DNA of 12,597 bases from Nitrospinales bacterium (lineage in GTDB: Bacteria > Nitrospinota > Nitrospinia > Nitrospinales > JAJDAT01), in assembly GCA_046757665.1 (NCBI GenBank), contig JBHHYO010000076.1, positions 1 through 12,597 on the forward strand, in the 5' to 3' direction. Positions 1 to 7,742 of the stretch are shown one piece after another. The position numbers were made by a program, and so were the translations under genes. The stretch's first letter is position 1. Each line of letters begins with the position of its first letter. The notes below the pieces were generated by a model, which saw only the letters and a program-made list of their open reading frames with translations, was not told the origin of the DNA and ran no database searches.

Positions 1-31
1 GGTCATTTTACAATTTAATCCGTCCGTTTGG

Positions 32-164
32 GACTTTTTCAGCAACCTGTTAGACAATGGCAACATTAGCCCCCAAGAGCTTGGGGAATCATCGTTGGCC
101 GACTGGGTGTTGGGATTCCCGGAGACCGCTCTTTCGATACCATCAGCAGGTTGCCGAAAAAGCC
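32..164. repeat. 133-nt long imperfect inverted repeat / rod-like hairpin (MITE-, REP- or sRNA-like)
   Basis: Arms GACTTTTTCAGCAACCTGTTA (32-52) and CAGCAGGTTGCCGAAAAAGCC (144-164) are complementary at 17/21 positions. Nested helices: ATGGCA 57-62/TACCAT 138-143, AAGAGC 75-80/GCTCTT 128-133, GGGAATC 84-90/GATTCCC 114-120, CCGAC 99-103/GTTGG 109-113. Confidence 0.6.
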
Positions 165-191
165 TCAAGACATGCCATGGGTCACAATGAC

Positions 192-213
192 CGGAAAAAA
201 GGTTTTTTTTCCG
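192..213. terminator. Short A/T-rich palindrome downstream of the small minus-strand gene (possible terminator or binding site)
   Basis: CGGAAAAAA-GG(TT)-TTTTTTCCG lies about 10 nt past the stop of the 222..422 gene. The stem is weak and there is no clear U-tail. Confidence 0.25.
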
Positions 214-221
214 AAACACGG

Positions 222-422
222 TCAATTAGAAGAAACCGGGAAATTTGCGATATCCAGCTTCTTGCCCTTTTTTCGGCGGCCCTTGTTTTTGCCCATTTTA
301 AAGGAACGTTCGCCCTCCATTTCCTTGTGGAACGATTCCCAATAACGCCGGCTGAGTTCCCTGCTGGTAACGATTTTTTTCACCTTCCCCTCATCATCCA
401 AAACTTTAACCGGGTAAAACAT
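222..422 (-). CDS. Small basic hypothetical protein (66 aa, MFYPVKVLDDEGKVKKIV...)
   Basis: ATG at 422 has GGAGG (plus-strand CCTCC 428-432) 5 nt upstream. The sequence is protein-like, with a beta-hairpin/helix N-terminus and a K/R-rich tail. The ORF track's start at 434 overlaps this RBS. Confidence 0.7.
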   Translation of the reverse strand: MFYPVKVLDDEGKVKKIVTSRELSRRYWESFHKEMEGERSFKMGKNKGRRKKGKKLDIANFPVSSN

Positions 423-701
423 GACTGCCTCCAATCTACTGAAAAACCCAATCCCAAAACCTCCGGGTTCACGGGTTAATGCCTTTTATCAAATTTATGG
501 CGGCGCATTTTGCCGTGCCGAATATATGTCACCAAAAATATAGTGCAAAAAACGGGCCATAAGCCTTCCCGAATCTGGTAAAATACCAGCACAAACACAC
601 AGAGGGAAACTTGCTTTCATGCTCTTTAGATGTCGGATTCATGCTTTGAGATTCTTTTCCTTTTATAAAACCGCACCGGCCCACAAGGACGGAGAACAAC
701 A

Positions 702-1988
702 ATGAACTATTTGAAAGTATTGATTTTATTATCATTGACGGTGGTTTCGCTGACCGCCGGTTGCGACAAGGAATTAAAGGAACACCCCATGCCCGCTTCC
801 TTGAAACGCCAGATGGAAATGCAAAACGACCCGGAAATTCAAGCCAAAAAAGTTACCGGCACCATCCGGCTGGCCCCGGAACTGGCGGATAAAATGTCAA
901 AAAATTCCACATTATTTATCCTGGCGCGTCCATCTGGCGTGGAATCCGGCCCGCCGATGGCGGTCAAGCGCCTGCGCGGCGTGCAATTTCCCTACGCCTA
1001 CTCCATCGGCCAAATGGATACCATGCTGGAGGGCGTAAATTTCACCGGGAAGGTCAACATCACCGCCCGGCTGGACCAAGACGGCATGGCCCAAGCCGGG
1101 CCAGGGGACATTGAGGGAAAAACAAGCGCCCAGGTGGGTGAGGCAGACAAGAACATCGTTCTCGACCATCTGATACCCGGCGAGCCCGGCGGCGGCCCCG
1201 GCGCGTCCCGCGTGGTGGACAAAGTGATCCCCGCCTTGCTGGCCAAGGCCAAGGGCAAAACCGTTTCCGGAACGGTCACCGCGGATAAAAGCGTTGTTAA
1301 ATCCATCGCCCCGAACTCCATTTTATTTGTAATCCTTCGCAAGATCGGTCAAACCGAAGGCCCTCCCCTGGCGGTGCAATTATATGAAAAGGGCGCACTG
1401 CCCCTGAAATTTACTGTCGGCCAAGATGACGCCGTTTTACCCGACACCTCCGTCGAGGGCAAGGTGGAAGTGATCGCCCGCATCGACCAGGACGGCAATG
1501 CCACGTCCTCGCCCGGCGATATCGAGGGTAGCCGGTACGCCGTCGTTGGCGATCAAAAAGTCAGCATCGTGTTGAACCGGATAGTCGGTCAGTCCGCGTC
1601 GTCTCCGAAAGACCACGCTCCCGGCTTTGTGCCGCCAGTGGGCGAACGCATCGTCTCCGGCGTCATTTCCGTAGCTCCGGGCTTGCAGGAGAAAATTCCG
1701 GACAACGCGGTGCTGTTCATTTTCGCCCGCGGCCAAGGGGTCGAGCAGGGCCCGCCACTGGTCGTCAAGTTGCTCAAGGGAGTCAAGTTCCCCTTCGAGT
1801 TCACCCTGACCCAGGACGATACGATGATGCCGGGCGACGTGTTTGCCGGCGAGGTCACCGTCACCGCGCGCATAGACCAGGACGGTAATGCCGCGCCCTC
1901 GCCGGGTGATCTTGAAGGCAGTGTCAACACCGAAGTCGGCAAGGGCGGCAAAGTGAAAATCGTCCTTAACAACCTGCTCGGCGGCTGA
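702..1988 (+). CDS. Lipoprotein with three tandem CcmI/CycH C-terminal-like (Ig-like) domains
   Basis: RBS GGAGA 691-695. Lipoprotein signal peptide with lipobox LTAG-C21. Three ~110-aa repeats carry the pattern V[ST]G...LF[IV]xxR...GPP[ML]xV...[FL]P...[IT]AR[IL]DQDGxAxxxPGD[IL]EG...IVL[DN], which resembles the periplasmic C-terminal domain of the cytochrome c maturation protein CcmI/CycH. Confidence 0.8.
   Translation: MNYLKVLILLSLTVVSLTAGCDKELKEHPMPASLKRQMEMQNDPEIQAKKVTGTIRLAPELADKMSKNSTLFILARPSGVESGPPMAVKRLRGVQFPYAYSIGQMDTMLEGVNFTGKVNITARLDQDGMAQAGPGDIEGKTSAQVGEADKNIVLDHLIPGEPGGGPGASRVVDKVIPALLAKAKGKTVSGTVTADKSVVKSIAPNSILFVILRKIGQTEGPPLAVQLYEKGALPLKFTVGQDDAVLPDTSVEGKVEVIARIDQDGNATSSPGDIEGSRYAVVGDQKVSIVLNRIVGQSASSPKDHAPGFVPPVGERIVSGVISVAPGLQEKIPDNAVLFIFARGQGVEQGPPLVVKLLKGVKFPFEFTLTQDDTMMPGDVFAGEVTVTARIDQDGNAAPSPGDLEGSVNTEVGKGGKVKIVLNNLLGG
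846..1979 (+). repeat. Intragenic triplicated domain (approx. 846-1175, 1257-1586, 1647-1979)
   Basis: Conserved blocks TARLDQDGMAQAGPGDIEG / IARIDQDGNATSSPGDIEG / TARIDQDGNAAPSPGDLEG, with the domains separated by Pro/Gly-rich linkers. Confidence 0.9.
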
Positions 1989-2028
1989 CCGGGTATCCCA
2001 AGGCCGGGGGAAACGCAAGGACTGACGC

Positions 2029-2961
2029 ATGACAGCAAAGGAACGATCGGCGATGCCCACGCTCTACGATGAAGAAAAAATGCACAAGCTTCCCGCTGGC
2101 CTGCGGTTTTTCGACATCAACGACCTGTGGCCGATTGCCCACCGCAGGGTAGTGCGCTGGCTGTTTGCCCGGCCCGTCACCGCCAACCAGATTACCCTGC
2201 TGTCCCTGGTCATGGGCGTTTTGTCGGCAGGATGTTTTTTGACGGCGGGATACCGCGGCCTGGCGGCCGGAGCGTTTTTTCTCTACGCCAAGCTTTACCT
2301 GGACAACATAGACGGCAACCTGGCACGGGTGCGCGGCGAAACCTCGCGGCTCGGCCGGTTCCTCGATTCAGCCGTCGATTTCACGGTCACGGTTCTGGTT
2401 TATTCGGCCCTGACCTTCCGGCTGGTGCGTGAGACGGGCGACCCGTCCCTCTGGTTCCTCGGCCTGGCGGCCATGCTGAGCGGCCTGATCCATTGCTCGT
2501 TCTTTGTGTTCCACCTCGTCAGTTGCGCCTCCCTGGAAGGGGCTTACGAAAAAAACCGGCGCGATGAAAGCATCACCGAGGAAGACCGGACGGCTTGCCG
2601 ACAGCAGACTCCTCTGGTGCATTTCCTGCAACGATTTCATCTCGCCGTCTACGGCTGGCAGGACCGGCTGGTGACGGGACTGGATCGGTTCAGCCGCCAT
2701 CTGGCCGGTTTGCCGGATACGCCGCAAGCCCACAAGACCTGGTACGCCAACAAACGGTTTTTGACCCTTGCCAGCCCGCTGTGCCTTTGCACCAACAACA
2801 TGACGCTGGTGGTTTTTTCCCTGTGCGACGCATTGCAGGCATGTTTTATCTTTATCGTCGGATTGGGAAACCTTTACATGGCGGGCTTGGCGGGTTGGAA
2901 AATCGTGCGGTTCAAATGCGCTCCGCAGAAGGAAGAAGGCCCGGTCCGCGCCGAAGCCTGA
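2029..2961 (+). CDS. CDP-alcohol phosphatidyltransferase family membrane protein
   Basis: Family signature DxxDGxxAR-x8-GxxxDxxxD appears as DNIDGNLARVRGETSRLGRFLDSAVD. TANQIT motif and several TM helices present. AAGGA lies upstream of ATG 2029; an alternative start is at 2053. Confidence 0.9.
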   Translation: MTAKERSAMPTLYDEEKMHKLPAGLRFFDINDLWPIAHRRVVRWLFARPVTANQITLLSLVMGVLSAGCFLTAGYRGLAAGAFFLYAKLYLDNIDGNLARVRGETSRLGRFLDSAVDFTVTVLVYSALTFRLVRETGDPSLWFLGLAAMLSGLIHCSFFVFHLVSCASLEGAYEKNRRDESITEEDRTACRQQTPLVHFLQRFHLAVYGWQDRLVTGLDRFSRHLAGLPDTPQAHKTWYANKRFLTLASPLCLCTNNMTLVVFSLCDALQACFIFIVGLGNLYMAGLAGWKIVRFKCAPQKEEGPVRAEA

Positions 2962-2980
2962 CCACCCACCGGACGCCGCT

Positions 2981-3664
2981 TCAGTTCATCCGCCCATCAA
3001 TGCCCTTTATGTTTTGCGATTTCGAAATGCCGGCGATGCGGATCTTCAACACCAGCATTGAAATCAAAGTCTCGGCCCTTTTGCGGACATCCGTCTCCTC
3101 GAGAAACGCCTGCTTGCGCTCCAAATTCAGGTCAAACCGGTAGGCAATGCGGTCGACAAAATGGCTGAAGCGCCGGCAAGGAGCCAAGTCCGCTTTTTGT
3201 CTCTCCGGATGTTCCGGAGGCAGGAGACCTATATAATTTTCATAACAGGCCAGCAGTCTGGCGGCGAGCGCAGTTTCCGAAAAATCGGATGTCTCGTCGT
3301 GGATTTCCTCCAGAAATTCCACTTGCGCCAGACGGAAAGGCTGGCCGCCGATTTCGTGAAGAATGCGGAAACGGCTCACGCCCCGGAGAACAATATTGAA
3401 TTTGCCGTCGGCCAGGGGTTGCGCCTTGTCGATATTTCCGGCGCAACCGACCGCGGCCACCTCCGGCCTGTCATAATAATTTTCCTCCCAGCCGGGTTTC
3501 AGCAAAACCATGCCGATGAGCCGCCGGTTGTCCAGCGCGTCCCGGACCATCTGCCGGTAGCGGGGCTCGAAAATGTGCAACGGCAAAAAGGTTCCCGGAT
3601 AAAACACCGATGACGGCAGTGGAAAGAGCGATATGGGATTTTGCAGTGCTTCCTGATCAGCCAT
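2981..3664 (-). CDS. Stand-alone Lon protease N-terminal (substrate-binding) domain protein
   Basis: LFPLPSSVFYPGTFLPLHIFEPRYRQMV...VGC...DGKFNIVLRGVSRFRI is the typical LON_substr_bdg pattern, with C-terminal KQAFLEETDVRKR. No AAA+ or protease domain. The start at 3664 (MADQE) was chosen because it follows GGGG. Confidence 0.9.
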   Translation of the reverse strand: MADQEALQNPISLFPLPSSVFYPGTFLPLHIFEPRYRQMVRDALDNRRLIGMVLLKPGWEENYYDRPEVAAVGCAGNIDKAQPLADGKFNIVLRGVSRFRILHEIGGQPFRLAQVEFLEEIHDETSDFSETALAARLLACYENYIGLLPPEHPERQKADLAPCRRFSHFVDRIAYRFDLNLERKQAFLEETDVRKRAETLISMLVLKIRIAGISKSQNIKGIDGRMN

Positions 3665-3906
3665 GAAATTCAACCCCGTCTTGTAGTGAAACATGCAGTA
3701 GCCGAACCACGCCACGAAACGTGCGATCGCGCATGATGTGAAAAAACCTCTGGTAACAAAGGTTATACGAAATCATCCGAAACCGTTTTTTAAAGTTCAA
3801 GCTTTTTATACGCGGGCCGGCGCATTTTTCAAGGCATTCGCTGGTGGTTTCCCCTTGCCGGGAACATACTGAACTTATGCTCAAACTTTCTTAAGGAGAA
3901 TGAATT

Positions 3907-4314
3907 ATGATTCATAAAAAAGGTTTTGTTTTTGTTCTGGCTTTAGCTGTGTCCCTGGCATTTGTCATCCAATCCTCGGCCGATATGGGGGGAGGAATCG
4001 ACAAGCCCGTCGTTTCCGGATGGTTCCTGCAGGAAATGGAAAACGACCGGGTAATACTGGATCCCGGCGATTCCACCCTGTGCAACCGCGATTTCACCGT
4101 CCGCAATGAAAGCCGCGAGATGGCGGAAGTCGGCGTGATTCTGGGTAATGGCGACAACTATGCCTTCCATCAGGTTGCGCCAGGGAAGACTCTGCACTAC
4201 AGCCTGGAGTCCGGTTACGAATCCAGCATCACCGGCGGAATAACGGCCATTGACGAAGCGCGCATCGTCAACACAACCGGCGGCGTCACCCCCCTCAAGG
4301 TGGAGTGCAAGTAA
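3907..4314 (+). CDS. Exported two-cysteine hypothetical protein (family member 1, divergent paralog of the 6837-8215 array)
   Basis: RBS AAGGAG 3893-3898. Sec signal peptide ending QSSA. Motifs ILDPG-x4-C-x2-DF-x-V-x-N, VILGN, IDEARIVN and a near-terminal Cys are shared with the three downstream paralogs. Confidence 0.85.
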   Translation: MIHKKGFVFVLALAVSLAFVIQSSADMGGGIDKPVVSGWFLQEMENDRVILDPGDSTLCNRDFTVRNESREMAEVGVILGNGDNYAFHQVAPGKTLHYSLESGYESSITGGITAIDEARIVNTTGGVTPLKVECK

Positions 4315-4331
4315 CCCGTTTGTTGAACCTC

Positions 4332-4406
4332 AAAAAAGAGCGATCCGCCACCCCAACCTGCCCCGTGTCTGGGAAGCCGGGTTGGGGTGGCGGGCCGACC
4401 TTTTCT
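4332..4406. terminator. Bidirectional intrinsic terminator between convergent genes
   Basis: Perfect 14-bp inverted repeat CCGCCACCCCAACC (4345-4358)/GGTTGGGGTGGCGG (4380-4393), flanked by AAAAAAGAG on the left and CCTTTTCT on the right. Confidence 0.75.
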
Positions 4407-4422
4407 CCGGTTCGGTTTTTCC

Positions 4423-6093
4423 TCAGTTTTGCACCACAGGCGGAGGCAGAATGGGTCTCCGCAGGCGAGGCCCGTGCGCGGCCTGCAATTCCACCTCCGA
4501 AAGAAGAGCGCTCGGCGCAATGGTGCTGACGGGAATGAATCCGGACTCCGCGCCGCAAAAGGCATTGAACGCCGTGTCATCGTCCCCCGCCAGAATCACC
4601 TTGTTGATCATGGCAATCGGCGTACCAACAAACTCCACGCCGCGAACCAGCTCTTCCCTGCCGTCCGGGTACACCTTGTACAAGTACAGCGGTTTGCCCT
4701 TGAACACCTGAAAATCCCGGGAACCGGTTTCCGTTTCGCCGCCGATCATTTTCTTGATCATGATACCGTAAGGCTTGTTCTGTTTCTTGATCTCATCGAT
4801 CAAGTGCTGTTTCAGTTCCCCGGTCGCGACCCTGCGGTGCGAGCGCACTACAGTGTTGCCCATCCGCGCCACGGGAAATCTCAATCCGTCACTGCGGCCG
4901 TGTCCGTTGGTTTTGCCGAAACCGGGCGCCGGGTTGCGGGACAGAAGAAAGTGCTTGAGCACACCGTGGTCGATCAGGACTACCTTTTCGCTACGCTGGC
5001 CCTCGTCGTCAAACAGGTAATGCCCCAACAGGTCCGCTCCCTTGAAACTTTCGAGCCTGGGATCGTCGATCAGCGAAATAAAAGGCGGCAGAATGGGTTT
5101 GCCGATCTTTTTGACGAACGTTTTGCCGTCATTCGCCGTCCGCAGGCGGTCGCCTTCGAGGCGGTGGCCGATGGACTCGTGAAACAGAATCGCCGTCGCT
5201 TCGGGATTAAAAATAGCCGGCCCGACATAAGGGTCCATTTGCGGAGCCTTGCGTAAAGCCGTGATCCCCGCGATCAGCTTGCCGGCTCTCGCGATCAACG
5301 CCTGTTTGGAAGGAACGTGTTCCCGGTTGACGAAATACAACGTGTCCTGATCCTGAATACGCCGCCCGGAGTCCGTTTTTGTCCAGGCTTCCAGCAACAC
5401 CCCGTAGTTCAAGGAGACGCCGCGAATTTTGTTGCCTTCCGAATCCAGGTAGTACCGGATGTAGCGGTCCGCAAACACCGTCACAAGGGATTTTTCGATT
5501 TCCGGGGCTTCCTTGAAGCGGGCCGAGACCTCGCGCGCCAGGTTTTCCCATTCGGACCGGTCAACATTCAACTCCACTATCGGGTCGAAGTGCACCACCG
5601 GAAATTGACCCATTGAAAAATCGGCCAGATCATGATTTTCCACCCCGCTGACCAACCGCCCCTTCTTGCGGAGAAAATTCATCACGGCCTGTTTGTAGCG
5701 CAAATCCGTCTCCTGCCAAATGGCGCGTTTCAGGCCATCCAAGTCATCATCCAGCGGAATAATTTGTTTGACCCGGTTGCGGTGGCTTCCGGCCACGGAG
5801 CTGTCGAACTTGGGGTCGCCCACGCGCACATCCACGAACAAGGTGCGTTTTTTTTCCGCGGTCGATTGAATCAGGGAGCCGAAACTGCCGACGATTTCGA
5901 TACGGTCATGATGCCGTATCTGGTATCGGACGAAATAGGGCGTATCGAAAACATCGATTCGCAATTCCCTGAGAGACCGCCCCATCTCTTCTTCCATGGC
6001 TTGAAAAATGACCTGGGACGACTTGTCCAGCGTCGCGCCCTGGACCGGGACGGACGAAAAAATCAAAATCAGGACTGAAAAAAATCTAATCAT
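4423..6093 (-). CDS. TldD/PmbA-family metalloprotease (catalytic TldD-like) with N-terminal signal peptide
   Basis: Zn motif HESIGH (HExxxH) followed by RLEGDR. Other family motifs: IDDP, FDDEGQ, LIDHGVLKHFL, TNGHGR, ARMGN, LVRG, FCGAESG. The likely start is ATG 6093 (MIRFFSVLILIFSSVPVQGA, signal-peptide-like); the ORF extends to 6144. Confidence 0.9.
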   Translation of the reverse strand: MIRFFSVLILIFSSVPVQGATLDKSSQVIFQAMEEEMGRSLRELRIDVFDTPYFVRYQIRHHDRIEIVGSFGSLIQSTAEKKRTLFVDVRVGDPKFDSSVAGSHRNRVKQIIPLDDDLDGLKRAIWQETDLRYKQAVMNFLRKKGRLVSGVENHDLADFSMGQFPVVHFDPIVELNVDRSEWENLAREVSARFKEAPEIEKSLVTVFADRYIRYYLDSEGNKIRGVSLNYGVLLEAWTKTDSGRRIQDQDTLYFVNREHVPSKQALIARAGKLIAGITALRKAPQMDPYVGPAIFNPEATAILFHESIGHRLEGDRLRTANDGKTFVKKIGKPILPPFISLIDDPRLESFKGADLLGHYLFDDEGQRSEKVVLIDHGVLKHFLLSRNPAPGFGKTNGHGRSDGLRFPVARMGNTVVRSHRRVATGELKQHLIDEIKKQNKPYGIMIKKMIGGETETGSRDFQVFKGKPLYLYKVYPDGREELVRGVEFVGTPIAMINKVILAGDDDTAFNAFCGAESGFIPVSTIAPSALLSEVELQAAHGPRLRRPILPPPVVQN

Positions 6094-6338
6094 CTCTCTG
6101 GTTTGAAACCTCAAGTTGGCCCAGCGGATGTACAAGGTGTTCATCTAAATTCTAAGCGAACTTCAGACACAAAACAAAAGTGTATTCTGAATATCCGGCA
6201 AACTTGTTGCCGCACCCAAACGCCCGGCTTATTAACCTGTTAAAAATCAACAGACTGATTAATCCAAATCGTCCGGCAACCGACACAATCCGCAAAAACC
6301 GGTCCAAGCCTTGACTCATGAAATCATGGAAACCCCGC

Positions 6339-6425
6339 TTGCCGCCGGCAAACACCTGCCGGCCGCAACCGCCGCGGCAATTTCCTGAGCACTCTGAAAT
6401 TATTTCCGAACCCGGGGTTGCCGCG
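6339..6425. other. Two adjacent GC-rich hairpins in the long divergent intergenic region
   Basis: GCCGGCA 6344-6350/TGCCGGC 6357-6363, extended by TTGC/GCAA. CGCGGCAA 6373-6380/TTGCCGCG 6418-6425. Confidence 0.4.
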
Positions 6426-6836
6426 AATCATCTTAAATGTATTACCAGTCATTATTATTTCGGTTCAATAAAAGCGGATTTCGCCAAGATTACTCAACTC
6501 TCAAAAAAGGATGGGAAAAAACCTGCTCGGACAGATTCAGATTCGCCGCCCGTCAGTTCCTCCTCCAGGACTGCCCAATCGGACGGAAGTCGCTTCCAGC
6601 GAATAGATTTTCGATCTACTGGCGTTTTTCCTCTTTGGAGTTTTTACCCTCTTCTCCTGTGTTTGCAAGAAAACAACGGCATTAGGTCGGCGATTCATTC
6701 CGGAAACAAACGTTGATCCCAATCGTTCCTGGCAGGCCCCTGTCCGCGAATCGGCAAACAGTCTCCAGTCTCCTTTTGGCCGGATGGTAATGATTCAGCG
6801 TTTCATATCATTCACCTCATCGAAGGAGCAAGCGCC

Positions 6837-7211
6837 ATGATGAATAAAAAACCGGTTTTCATAATGCTGGCAATTCTTGCGGTTATTGGTTTTACCTTTG
6901 GGCAATCTGCGGCAGACACGGCTTCCGCGGAATTCACCGCCGAGATTTCGATTTTGGAGCCGGGAATGGCCAGTAGCTGTCCCGACGATTTCATGGTCGA
7001 AAACCCCGGCAACGACAAGGCCGAACTCAGAGTGGTCCTCGGAGACAAAGCGTTCAACGAGGAATGGGTCCAGGCAAAAGCGAAAAAACATTACAACCGC
7101 AAAGGAACGCTCTCGCTGGCGAAACTGAAAGGAGAGCAAGTTGCGATCGATGACGTCGCCACCATCATCAACAAGAGCGAAAAGCAAATCCGATTGCATT
7201 GTGCCAGGTGA
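6837..7211 (+). CDS. Exported two-cysteine hypothetical protein (family member 2)
   Basis: RBS AAGGAG 6823-6828. Signal peptide ending QSAA. 66/93 residues identical to member 3 from EFTAEIS to the C-terminus (manual count). Confidence 0.9.
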   Translation: MMNKKPVFIMLAILAVIGFTFGQSAADTASAEFTAEISILEPGMASSCPDDFMVENPGNDKAELRVVLGDKAFNEEWVQAKAKKHYNRKGTLSLAKLKGEQVAIDDVATIINKSEKQIRLHCAR

Positions 7212-7271
7212 TCCGGAAACAAAGATCATGATCCGCGGCTCCTTATTCGGAGGAGCTGCGGGTTAAAATTA
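7208..7271 (+). repeat. Duplicated 3' intergenic segment, copy A, with an 11-bp hairpin
   Basis: GTGATCCGGAAACAAAGATCATGATCCGCGGCTCCTTATTCGGAGGAGCTGCGGGTTAAAATTA aligns with 7739-7802. Stem CCGCGGCTCCT 7233-7243/AGGAGCTGCGG 7251-7261. Confidence 0.8.
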
Positions 7272-7367
7272 ACCGAAGACTTCAGGCGGCATTGCCTGAA
7301 GAAGTAACCCCGGACCAAACTGCTCAATGATCGTGCTTTACCGCTTATTTTGTAAGGAGACATTGTG

Positions 7368-7742
7368 ATGAACAAGAAAATGTTTCTTATTTGTATCCTG
7401 ACCGTCTTTGCAATGGTCGGTTTTACGTTCAACCATTCCTCGGCGCAAACGGCTTTCACGGAATTCAACGCCGAGATTTCGGTTTTGGAAACCGGAATGG
7501 CCGCCAGTTGCCCCGACAACTTCATGGTCGAAAACCCTGGTGGCGACAATGCCAAACTCAAAGTGATCCTCGGCAACGAAGCGTTCAAAGAGGAATGGAT
7601 CCAAGCAAGAACCAAAAAACACTACAACCGCAAAGGAATGCTTTCCCTCGCAAAGTCAAAAGGAAAACAGGTTGTGAACGATGACGTTGCCACCATCATC
7701 AACATGAGTGAAAGAGAGATCCTGTTGCATTGCGGCAAGTGA
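7368..7742 (+). CDS. Exported two-cysteine hypothetical protein (family member 3)
   Basis: RBS AAGGAG 7354-7359, with start at GTG 7365 or ATG 7368. Signal peptide ending HSSA. Recent tandem duplicate of member 2. Confidence 0.9.
   Translation: MNKKMFLICILTVFAMVGFTFNHSSAQTAFTEFNAEISVLETGMAASCPDNFMVENPGGDNAKLKVILGNEAFKEEWIQARTKKHYNRKGMLSLAKSKGKQVVNDDVATIINMSEREILLHCGK

Noticed and set aside
57-479. 140-aa plus-strand ORF
   Set aside because: It overlaps the hairpin element and lies antisense to the better-supported 222..422 gene, with no RBS.
498-520. Possible sigma54 promoter (TGGCGGCGCATTTTGC; reverse strand CGGCACGGCAAAATGC)
   Set aside because: GG-to-GC spacing is 11 nt on both strands rather than the required 10.
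1437-2060. 207-aa and 149-aa minus-strand ORFs
   Set aside because: Antisense to the lipoprotein gene; their apparent repeats simply mirror its triplication.
4387-5256. 289-aa plus-strand ORF (and 5317..5616, 5632..6078)
   Set aside because: Antisense shadows of the TldD gene.
6345-6425. Possible c-di-GMP-I riboswitch (GGCAAAC...GGGGTTGCCG)
   Set aside because: It lacks the GAAA tetraloop stem and the GACGCAAAGC core; only the ends resemble the consensus.
6318-6716. 132-aa ORF in the long intergenic region
   Set aside because: No RBS, Ser/Pro/Arg-rich composition and no motif. Not supportable as a gene from sequence alone.
6795-7622. Mutually similar minus-strand ORFs (6795..7229, 6812..7057, 7226..7615, 7338..7622)
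   Set aside because: Their similarity comes from the duplicated plus-strand genes, which have the RBSs and signal peptides.
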